DNA of 64,000 nt from Basidiobolus meristosporus CBS 931.73 (Eukaryota > Fungi > Basidiobolomycota): the NCBI GenBank assembly GCA_002104905.1, contig MCFE01000422.1:14049-78048 (forward strand), read 5' to 3'. Made by a program: the position numbers and the translations under genes. Positions 40,136 through 51,418 of the stretch are shown here, piece by piece (position 1 is the first letter of the stretch; the number at the start of each line of letters is the position of its first letter). The notes below the pieces were generated by a model. It did no database searches. It saw only the letters and a list, made by a program, of their open reading frames with translations, and was not told where the DNA came from.

Positions 40136-41330
40136 CTATTGTGATTGAGTGGCGGAAGCAAAGGCGCTTAGCACACTCTTCGCTTTACCAGAGCGAATCG
40201 CTTCGCGTGCTAGCGCCACACCCTCCTTAAAGTCGGCGGCCTTTTCGTCTAATACAAGCAACGCAGAGGTGTTGATCAGAATGAAATCCAGGATTGGTCC
40301 CTCATATTTGTTATCCAGAATCTCATTCAAAATCTTGGCATTGTATGTAGAATCGCCGCCGGCCACTAAACTTAGGCTGTGTCGGGGCAGCCCGAAATCG
40401 TCTGGGGATATCTTTCTCTCGGTGATTTCGCCATTCGAGAGCTCCCACAACTTTAATATTTTTTAAGGCAATCAATATGTGTAAATCAAGAAACAAGTGG
40501 ATCCAGGACTTACATGTGTTTCCAATTCAGGACTGATCTCATCCAATCCCTCGGATCCGTTGACTACAAAGGCTTTTTCTACGCCCATCAGGTTCAAAGC
40601 CTCTGCAATAAGGTGGCCAAGCTGGTATGAGTGTACACCTAGAACAATCCTGGATGGTTTGGCTGGGCTGCTTAATGGGCCGAGGATGTTGAAGATAGTG
40701 GGAACTCCGATTTCCTTTCTTGTAGAGGAGATCTGTCTCATGGCAGGGTGATAGACTTGCGAGAACAAGAAGCAGAAATTGGTCGAGTCAATGATTTCCG
40801 GAACCCTAGGAGGGGTAACATTTTCTAGGACACAGGATAGAGACTCTAGCAAATCGGCTGAGCCAGAACTCGACGAGGAGGCTCTGTTTCCATGCTGTAA
40901 GACGAGAACGAGCTGGTTGAGTACTTAAGGTTTGGGGGCAGGTTTCATAGGAGCATACCTTGGCGACCTTGCTTCCTGCACCAGCAGCGATAATGGCGGC
41001 GGAGGTGGACACATTAAAGGTGTTGTGACCGTCACCTCCTGTGCCTACAATATCTACTACGGAAGAAGACAGTTGAGGGTGTGAGGAAAAGTCGACATAC
41101 AAGGCATGGTCACGCATCACGGTAGCACATGCAGCCACAATTTCAGGTTGACAGTCAAATTGTTGTAGACGTAAGGAAACCAGGAAAGCTGACATCTGTG
41201 CAGGAGTAGCCCTATGTTCCATAATTTCGGTAATGGCAGCCTTTGCCATTTCCGGAGTAAAGGCCTCAGGATTAAGAACTATGGTCTTAATGATGGCTTG
41301 TGTAGCATTGTTTGGAGAAGCAGTTGCCAT
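40136..41330 (-). CDS. TRP4: Anthranilate phosphoribosyltransferase, multi-exon
   Basis: VDIVGTGGDGHNTFNVST, HGNRASSSSSGSADLL, YHPAMR..RKEIGVPTIFNILGPL, GLDEISP. Confidence 0.96.
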
Positions 41331-44300
41331 TCTAAAATATTTCTGTTGCAAATATCAATAACAAGAAAGAATTAAACCTAAAGACTTCACTAAGTGAACG
41401 AAGAGAATATTAATGTCCTTATAAAAAAACAAGTATGAACCGGCTGAGCTTCTGTTGCGAGCAAAAGGACAACACTGTTTAAAGTTATAGTCTGCTTCTT
41501 CTCAAACCCAGGCTATTAAAGCCAATCAACACGAACACAATTCATTGTCGTTAGTGCAACTATCAGATTTAACAAATCCAGTCTACATAGAACACTGGGT
41601 GTCATCATTGCAAGAAATGACTCATAATGGTTCCTGCCACCAAACAGGCCAATCTTATTTGATTAGTTGATTTATAGAAATTGAATGTGATAGGGGTCAG
41701 ATCAAAAGCTAAATGCACAATTGTAGCGGGGCAAGCCTTCATGCCCAAGTGATCCAGCCGCCAGCATAAATGATAGGGTATTTGACATCCAGCATTGGGT
41801 CCAAGATTAAATTCGGTCAAGATTCGCATCGATCCACAATGACTCAACCTCCATTATTGTGACTCTATCTGGCACTTCGCACACGATGGGAAGCCCCGGT
41901 CATTCGACATCGAGTATACCATCAGGAAAGATGGAATTTGTGGTGCCAGCATTCGGCTTGGTGGTGGACAACACCATCACATTGAGGGAGCACAATGATG
42001 GAAATTGTAAGATATAACATGAGAATAGATGTTGAGTGGCTATCCCTCATGGAATACCATGTATGGATCCAATAGTGTTAGGGCAACCAGATTCGAGATT
42101 AGATTTGATATACTATGGCTTACTTTTCTAAACACCAATTGATGGTTGAACCAACGGAGGTTTGATATCATTGGTATGTGCTTAGCTTTTAATCACAATC
42201 ACCTCCACGGCTCGATAATATGAATCATGTGTACATAAAATACGCGTATACCATTGGACATAGTGGTCGTAAATGACATATTCACAGGCTCAATCATGCG
42301 AAGAGAAATAGAAACAGAGTTCAACCGGCGGTCCATGTTACAAATTGCAGGACATAGTTCGGAACCTCGCGGCTCTGAGACCTTATTCTGCAGACTATGG
42401 CTCAGTCTACAGATACTTGGCTAATATACATTTGCGATCTCCATAAAGCATATTTGCACTATGCGAATTCTCAACGCCGGCGGGTAGCAAGTATACCATT
42501 GGATTTCTAGCCTACTCCAACTAGTAGTCCAGATACTAACAGAGCGCGTCATACTATATTTAATTATATGGAAATGCCATATAGGACCTTCCGTTTAGGA
42601 ACAAAACGGCTCATTCTTTGACAACAGGAAAGTAAAACTGTAAATAACATGTGTCGACTCAGACTTTACAAGCGGTATGCTACAGAACCTCATGACAATG
42701 AATAAACTTGTAAACTTGCAAACTTGCGAACGTTTCAGTCAGATGGTGTCTATCTGGATCCTAGGCCTAATTTTCTATAACTAACCTCGCAACAGCAGCC
42801 AGTAAATGAGGGTAGACACGCCATGCTGCCTTTGGTGTTTGGTTAGGGTTTTGGCTAATAACGAAGCTTCATCTCCTTACAACTGGTACATGAAACTAAG
42901 AGACCATTTAAATTCACATCTATTGACATGGCTGCATTCCAGGTGATAACTATATTGTACTGGTTCTCGGACACTATGTTCTAGAACGGCTGATACTCGG
43001 TACAAGAGTTCCACCGGATTTTTAGCACACCTGCTTTGATTCTGACCTTGGTATGAGTGGTAAAAATGGGGCTGCGCATGTGGGTACGGTAACACAGCCG
43101 AGGGAAATAGGTATACATATTCACACCTAACATATGGGTACGAACACGACTGGCACAGGTAAGAATAGGGCAATCAAAGCGCTCATATTTGTAATAGGAG
43201 TCGTGTCCGGGTAAACCAACAATGACAATGATGATATGTTTTTGTCTACTCATGGTCTAGACCGAGACCGTGAGGTTGTTGCTGGTATGTGGAGGACACT
43301 CTTTGAGGCATGTCTAATTTTAGTAACCCAGATACGGATTCTTCGGGCATTTGTGACGTACCCTAGCAGGAAAGCATTGCCAATTGGACTGGTAGCAATT
43401 TAGATTAGAGGTTTGGGGAATCCCGCTTGGATGACGAATAGAACCAAGATCAAACAGTCAACATGAAATTGATTTCATAAAATTGGCTTGACATAAAAGG
43501 TAAGCAGTCATTCACACAGTACCTGACTCCCACTGACCACATGAATTCCATGGCAACACCAGTCAAATCCATCTCCATTGGATTGGTGACCAGGAGAATT
43601 AGATGCTCTATCGCATCAAGACATTCTGAAGTAATACCTTAGATAACTACCATGCTCCACACTTGTATCTATACCTGGCTTCGATTCAATCCAGGCCCCA
43701 TTCAATCATCATGGGCCAATCGCTGGACTACGACCACAGTCAAGGGGATTTGAGGTTATTTGAGGTAATGTGGTGTGCGTATTTCGTGATAGTATGGCAA
43801 TTTGTTGGACCATTAATCCTCTGATAATTGGACTCTTGAAAGGAATGGAATCAGTATACTGGTTCTCGTGTAAGTTGTACCAGCCAGAGTAGCGCACAAG
43901 CAGATAGCAGAATATTGAATTGGTGAAAACGGGCCTAGGAAAAGGAGAATATTTCGTAGAAGGAAATATTACCTCCAATTCCTCCATCCGTACCACCTTC
44001 ACAGACCGTTCATCGACTGTATAGCAGGTTTGATTCATGCAATCATGCTCGGTCAAAACCTTGGTGAAGTCAGTAACAAACAGTATTTTAGGTTCATATA
44101 TACATCTCCGCTTCCCGGTATCTATTTAGCACATAGCGATCGAGTCTAGATTATTGAACATTGCATATGCTTGCATCGTCTGGGCTTCTAGATTCAATCT
44201 TCGTTTCATTATGTGCGGATTGACGCTTTGTGTACAACTCGACGCCTCTCGAATCTTATGCGATTACAAGGTGCCACCTTCAGACATCTGGGGGCCGCTT

Positions 44301-45098
44301 CGCAAAGAAATGGATTGTTCTACTGTTTGAAGCACTTGCTGTATCGCCCAGCGCAATATTATTTGGCTAAATACTGGGATAGCCTGTAGGATGATTGGTT
44401 TTTCTTGCCAATGAAGAGTGACGATATCAGGTGTAACCCTCTGGGTCCCATGTGTAATGATGGAAAAATGTAGTAAAATAGGTTTAATGAGGTGTACTGT
44501 ACAGCGTAACACTGACAGTTCTGAAAAGTAGGTTGAGGGTTTCTATTCTCACTATATTATAATAAAAATGTGCACATTACGTTCCCTTGATCTTGTCGAG
44601 AAATAATCAACTATAGAAATGGGGTTTGTGTCTTTCATCCAATTATCTATTATCTGGCAGAAACGGGCTTTGGCTTGCGAAGTCTCCTTTGCAACAGTCG
44701 AATAGAAAACAATGCGTACTAATGGATATTCATGTTTCACTCTGTACCAAGGTATGCCAGGAGTTAATTAAATTCAATTCATGCCTGTTTATCCTATTTG
44801 GGCCATCCTCCGATGAATACAGCGGTCTTCCTCATTTCTTGGTCAATACTAAGTTTTAATTATTTTACAGGCTGTGGAAATTACAGGAAATACGATGCAC
44901 TTTGGCTAATAAGGGTTTTAAATAAATTCACATTATAAAGATTTCACGGTTCATAGAGAAAACGAATCTGAGAGACGCCAAAATTGGATATTCCGATAGC
45001 TTCTGCTGGATACTTCATCTTGAGATGACGAAGGAGGTATTACATTAGCTGGAAGACTGTCCCGGGTATTCCAGGGTGCTTTTGCATCACACTGCGGC

Positions 45099-46196
45099 CT
45101 AGTAGGACGCCAATACTTGGGTCATTGTGACTTTGTTCCGGTACTCTTCATGCTCCTCTTCGTCGAGTGTTATTATAGGGCTACTATCGGTTGGAAAAAA
45201 GCTATCATCGTGATTGTTAGGATTCTTCGACATTTCAAAGGAGTCCTCCCAATCCTCTTTCCCACCAAATGCGCTGGATTTCTTGGTCCACCGCCGGTAC
45301 ATCTTATAGAGTATCGGGTCCATGAGGAAAGCAAGAAAGTTGAAAACACCAGGTGAGCTGGAGGTCAATGTCATGATAAAGTCAATAGTATAGTTGTGCT
45401 TCGCTGGCGTGAACGAGTACAGGGTCTTGACAATAGTGAAAGTGTATGTTAATATTGGTACCATGGGATAACCAATAATCCTCTTGACAGCGCGGTGCAC
45501 TTTCTTTGATGTTTCCTGAGCTCGGCGCTCCATTGCACACTTGGTATAACCAGGTGTAATGGAGTTGTTTTCATGTGTCAGCGACTTGAGTAATTTGTTT
45601 TTTCCTTGGTACAGCTTTCTGGCTACTATAAATACTACTATAAGGCAGAAGAGTACTCCGATAATCATCCAAAAGAACATGCTGGCAAACTCCCATATTA
45701 ATTCCTCAACAGAACCGCGGTTGTAAAACCAGCAAGCGTCGGTAGGCACATCATAGCCATATTTGTTGAGTACTAGCGGTATTGCGCTGCAAGCCGTTGA
45801 GAGAATCAAAGTGGCAATGATGTAGAACTTCTGTAGGTTTTGTGTAATGCGATTGAAAACAAAAACCAACAGGAGATTCAGAGCGATGCAGGCTGAGAAT
45901 GCTACAAGCATTATGGAGCCAAAGATGTAGAGGAAAAATGTTAGTTTGCAGCTTAAGTCTAAGTATTGGTTGTGCGGCAGATTTGCTGATGCCAGGACAG
46001 TAATGACCAATAACAGGTCGGCATAGCACATGCAGAGCTGTAATCTGAAGGACACTCTATTTGCATCTTTGGGAAATTTGCGAGTCAAGTATATTACTGC
46101 CAAAATTACAGTAAGTGAGCAAACAGCTGACAGTGGACAACACACTTTGATCAATGTGGCCAGAACCTTGTGTTGCTCGGGCGTTAGTTCTCCCAT
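45099..46196 (-). CDS. GPCR-like 7TM protein (cAMP-receptor/Git3-like), intronless
   Basis: Seven hydrophobic segments; RVSFRL, CIALNL, YGY..TDACWF, W....FW, RIIGYPMVP, GVFNFLAFLMDP. Confidence 0.78.
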   Translation of the reverse strand: MGELTPEQHKVLATLIKVCCPLSAVCSLTVILAVIYLTRKFPKDANRVSFRLQLCMCYADLLLVITVLASANLPHNQYLDLSCKLTFFLYIFGSIMLVAFSACIALNLLLVFVFNRITQNLQKFYIIATLILSTACSAIPLVLNKYGYDVPTDACWFYNRGSVEELIWEFASMFFWMIIGVLFCLIVVFIVARKLYQGKNKLLKSLTHENNSITPGYTKCAMERRAQETSKKVHRAVKRIIGYPMVPILTYTFTIVKTLYSFTPAKHNYTIDFIMTLTSSSPGVFNFLAFLMDPILYKMYRRWTKKSSAFGGKEDWEDSFEMSKNPNNHDDSFFPTDSSPIITLDEEEHEEYRNKVTMTQVLASY

Positions 46197-47408
46197 AATT
46201 AATGCCCCTGTTCTTGTGAGTAGGCGTAAGCAAAGACAAGTAGCTTAGAAAAAGAGGGTATAGTGGTCAGATATGGGCAGAAGAATGAAGCAGTGATCCT
46301 TGGGATGAAGGCAGGTATTATATATATAGGGGGGTTCCCCGGGTAATATCATCATGCTAGTTTGATGTGGGCCCGCTCTTTCTTAAACAATTCTATTAAG
46401 TCGTAGAGGTGTGACACGAGATTTTTCGAGGTCACAAGCTTGTTTGGGTGGATATTGTACCCGAGGTTGTAATTGGAGTAATATGCCATTTGGCTCGTTC
46501 ATCAGCCAAAGGAATAGAGATTTGGCCAAGACCAGGATAGGACGATGACTATTCATTTTACACTAATGTTGTTGTATGCCTAAAAGCGACGAACTAATTA
46601 GCTCCATTAATTCTCACGGAGCCTCTTTGTTGTCCCACAGTCGTATCGCTAAAGAGAAACGAGAAAATAATTTTGCCATTTATAGCTTTCCGCTTTTCAA
46701 GTTTCCTCATTGATGGCATTGTAGTATATGGGAATGGGGTTGCAACAATCATCTGTCACAAGTTTGCTTAACCACATGATCGAAAATCTTAGCCGAGCTG
46801 AATTTGCTGATTCCTACCTGCTGGGGTAAAGTCGAATATCTATTCCATTAATGATGTGCCTAGTCTTCCATCAAGATTGCTCAGCAGGTCACAGCATAAA
46901 GAGACAGCTTCTTTTTATACAGAGCCGGCTCAGCCTGATCCTGAGCCTCTATACTAGAATTCTGGACTCGGGAATATTATTAAACAAATGGCTGAACGAA
47001 TCGACGGGAAAATATATTAAATGATTGATGGCTCACTTCTATCACTGGGAGGGATTTGCGGAATACAATTGCACTCTGAGGAATGGAAAGAGACGGCGAC
47101 TTGCTCAGTGCACTAGGGATGCCTTGTGTTATGATTAATTCTTCACAGTATTCGCCGTACAAATAATCGGCTCATATAAAAGTTTACTAACAAAGCAAAG
47201 TCTGTCCAAAGCGGTGCATAAAGGGAAAGAGATGCGCGATCTTAAACCGACAGATTTATTAATATAATCGAAATGGAAGCTAGGTGGTTATCCAGAAAAC
47301 ACCATACATCATAGTCCTGCTATATCCATGAAGGGATTGCACCGGCCCTTCCAGGTAGTATCCGTCTAGGAGCATGCTTTATAAACTCCATAAATGTGTA
47401 GACCCCCT

Positions 47409-48200
47409 TTAAATGGTCTTGATTGACCTAATGTTTAATTTGGCGCGTTTCTTATGCTGGCCATGGAATGGTCTATGTCTGGCTCCTGTATGCTGGGAAT
47501 GCTTGTTGCCGAATAAACCACCTCTTAGAGGTATTGGGATGGCACCACCAACCTCCATATCCTTCCCATCTTCTCTGCTTGTGGAGGTAGGCTGTCCATG
47601 AACATTCGCTGAGATTCCAACTTGACCGATCACTAAGTAGGGGACCGCTTTATCGGTAATTTTTGCGAATACTTGAGTCCAGTAGTTTCCATCTTCGCTA
47701 AACCCAACACCCAGATGTGTAAATTGTGGATTAAGAATATTTTGACGATGGCCTTTTAAAAAAATTAATGCGGGTCTTCGATTAATGGTTAATCGCAACT
47801 AACCAGGAGAGTGCATCCAGCTATCCATAACTTTTTCATCGTCTTCAAATCCTTCAGCCACATTCTCCCCGATGTTAGCCCAAGCTACATCTACCGCTTC
47901 AATGCGTACTTCTAATGGCCTTCCAGGCTCGTCATGAGTCATCTTCCTGGTTTGTGCTTGGTAATCTGTATGGCGTTGTGCACATTCAACTAGTCTCCTA
48001 ATGGCATGGCTTAATACCTCATACGCAAGATAAGCTTGGACAGCGAAATTCATGTAGACTTACTTATCTAATGCTAACGGTGCTGCGCCAGACTTTTTGC
48101 GTTCAGCATTTACCAATTCTAGCTGCTGCTGTGGATCGCCGAAAGCTGAACCCAGGAAAAGAAAGTAGATGAATACTTGAACGGCGATGTATAGATGCAT
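47409..48200 (-). CDS. Secreted CAP/SCP-domain protein, 3 exons
   Basis: Signal peptide MHLYIAVQVF..AFG, LELVNAERKKSG, AQRHTDYQA..MTH, GENVA, WMHSPG-HRQNIL..FTHLGVG, YWTQVF. Confidence 0.87.
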
Positions 48201-51200
48201 AGATGTGATGTTCAGGTAGTATGCGAGTGAGGTGCCTTAGTGCGTCCTCACTAGCTTTTATATTGCTTCTGACAAAATTAATATATCTAAATAAGAGATC
48301 TTTTGATTGATGCAAGACGAAGTGCAGTAACCCTCTCGTGTTATTATGAAAAGTTGCAATTCAACCTTCGTTCCTGAATTATGACATCAAAATCCAGCTA
48401 GTTCTTCAAAAGAGCATTGGTGTAGAAGAAATATTTGAGGGCTTTATCAAGGTGCGTTAAGGGATCATCAGTCGATTTGCAGAATGCTGCATAATTCCAC
48501 ATGTGGCATCGAAGCGCATGAGTTTCAAATAAGGATGAGATGCAGATTAACAGCTGCGAAAGTCATCAATATATTCTCTACATGCAATGCTAAGGAGGGT
48601 GACAAATCAGTACTTTGAACAGAAGTCAAGTGGGAACTCATTCGTTGTAAAATAAGTGTCGTAAGTAGATTTGTATGCATGATTCACACAAAACTGTATT
48701 GATCCATGAAGGGGATTTTTGTTGCCAGTTTATGACTTTGGGGTTCATATCTGTTGCAAAATTTTGTGTTACACCTGGTCATGAATTTAGGCCTCTTGTA
48801 GATATACTGCAGACTCTTTTAATGCTCCTAATTGCTTTCAAGTTCCGTTTCTACTTGCTACTCACAGATCATTCCCATATTGGATATAACCTCCAAGACC
48901 CCACCTCGACTTGTTTAAAAGCTGTCTTTTCCTAAACATACATGACTCCGTCAAATTCTTCGTTGCCCACAACACTGGTTTCCCCAGATAACAGTAGATG
49001 ATGATCCATACCAGAAGGTGCCATTCCTGAACTCCAACTATCCAACTGCACACAAATATGCAGCTTTCACATTTGTTAGTTATAGTTTATCAGGATTCTC
49101 CGACTCGTCTAAATAGGTCTAAACCTTGCACATTGCTTTTTCAGTCATTCTCAATACATACTTATCAGTATTTTTACAAAGTTCTCTTATATATATTAGT
49201 ATATTATTTGAGCTCAAGAAAGCAACAAGTAAATGCCATGCAAATCTTCTAGTCCTTTAAATCACCTACATCACTCCTAGTCATCTTCCAGTGTAGTAAA
49301 CATATTTTACATACTAGACTTATTCCACTGTGCCATTGATCATAGAGCCAGATGGTGCTGTCTATTTTGTTATCAATGTATTATATTGATATTGGGATCA
49401 TATATAAGTCATTTTTGTCATGACCTGGCATGACAGGCACTCAATGGCCCTCTGCGGCATTATGATCAGCCAGAATGATGGAACAAGTCCACTATCCTTG
49501 TGCTACTAAAGTAATTTGGAAGCAAAAATCATGCTTTCTCTTATATCATCTTTTAGGTGAAACTTCTCAGAATGCATTAATTAATGAGAACTTGCATGTC
49601 TACTGTCTTATACATCTGATTAACGCAAACGTAAGTTAACTTCATTTATAATAGTCTGGCAAAAAATAGCTCTGTAGCTAACATCATGGCACTTTACCAT
49701 AATATATGGAATGTCGCGTCTGTTACAAATAATCATGGTGGCACCTAATTATTTATGTAATACTTTTATGCTTGATTAGTATCTGGGAAGCAAATTTAGA
49801 CTCGGAATTAATTTGGTTTAGGAAATACTACAAAGATAGATTTATATCAAAGTGTTCTCAATGACATTATACATTGCACGTCCATCGCATAGCTTTCCAA
49901 AAGAGGTGAAAACCTCCTTTTATTCTCCTTATCATCAAATTACTTTAGAGTTCGAGCTCTACTTGCTTAATTGTTAGTCATCAGCATTTCACAACCGGAA
50001 GAATTATCAAGAGCAACATGGCAGCTCGATTCCAAACGAATTGTCCAAGTCACACTGCTACAACTGTTCCGAGAGTTGGCTATAGAGAGCCAAGATCGTT
50101 CTTGTTAAGCCACATTGGACCGAAAACTGAAGCTTATAATTAACTCTCTATGAAACTGTAAACGCCCACTTATTTTCCTGGTGAAGAAACCTAGCACCCA
50201 AAAGCATTAGGCACTAAGTTATAGCCATAGGGAGGAAAAAAGGGTATTTTACAGCTTGACAAGAATATATGCAATTGATTTACCCAGTGATATGAGACCT
50301 AGAATATCAAGTCAAAAATGAGGTTTCATACATGACCTATTTGCCAGAAGTAGAGGTGTAAGTATGCGGAAGGATCAGGATCCGTGACAGGTTTCCCGTA
50401 TCGTTGGTATATATTTAACAAAGTGGGCGAGTCAATTATATGGTATATAGCTGTTCGCTGTTTAATCAAGAGCGCAAATGACCAGGTGATTTTATGAAGG
50501 AGACTACCGTAGAAATGAGTCATGCTTATTTCGAACTTTGTTCTTCAAAGGTTATTAATAGGAGTGTCCCAGGTGATTCGGGCGTTCATGGACTGAGAAA
50601 CACCATCACCCGTGTCACCCTTTCCTAAAACGGAATTTGATAATGCCATGCCGAACTTACTACCCTGGAGTTTCATATACCCACATGGCGCTCCTTACCT
50701 GGTGTATGCCATCGCTCATTCCCATTCACATTGTTAATGAAAACTATGTCCAAAGAGCACCAACACCTATGCGTCTCCGGAGCACTGGTTCCTGGTCATG
50801 GCAGGATCTGAAGTTTTCCGGTACGACAGACTTGAACCCCATCCCTGTATGCTACCAGGTAATTGTACACGCACATCAGCCAGGCTGATCCTCGTAGGAG
50901 TTTTTGCAATGAAAACGTGTCTGAAGAGGGTTGAATTGGTATACCATTAGCTTAATAAGGCAAGCGGAGTACTAACATGCCATCAACATGATTGTTGCAA
51001 TACGAGCAAACCAGATCTCGCTGATACGCTAATAAGTTTCGCACATATTAGAGTTTGAAGAACCAAAGCCTGTAGAGCAGCTCTGTACGCTGCTGAATTG
51101 GGACGATGTGATTGGCTTCGAGAGAGACAATTCTATTGATCAGTGACTGAGTACGATGGAGTATCTGTTACAAATAATACGGAATAGGAGTAGTGCTTGT

Positions 51201-51418
51201 CATACCCGATGGGACTTGATCCCAACAGTACGCGGAACCAGGAATTCAGACTGAAGTCAACATTGGTGAAAGATATAAATACGAGGGACGCAGAGAGGAG
51301 TTCCTCATACCAATGGAAAAAGCCAGTTCCCCTCAAGCACCATCCATTCTACCGAGAGATAACTATTCTGGTGAAACTACTTCTGGCTAGTTTAACTGTC
51401 CATCGAAAGCTATGAAAT

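Noticed and set aside
42981-43253. IIVIVGLPG resembling the start of a Walker A motif
   Set aside because: The required GKS/T is absent and nothing downstream fits a P-loop fold.
48300-50300. AT-rich gene-free stretch, possible transposon remnant
   Set aside because: No terminal repeats, TSD or transposase/RT motif could be supported.
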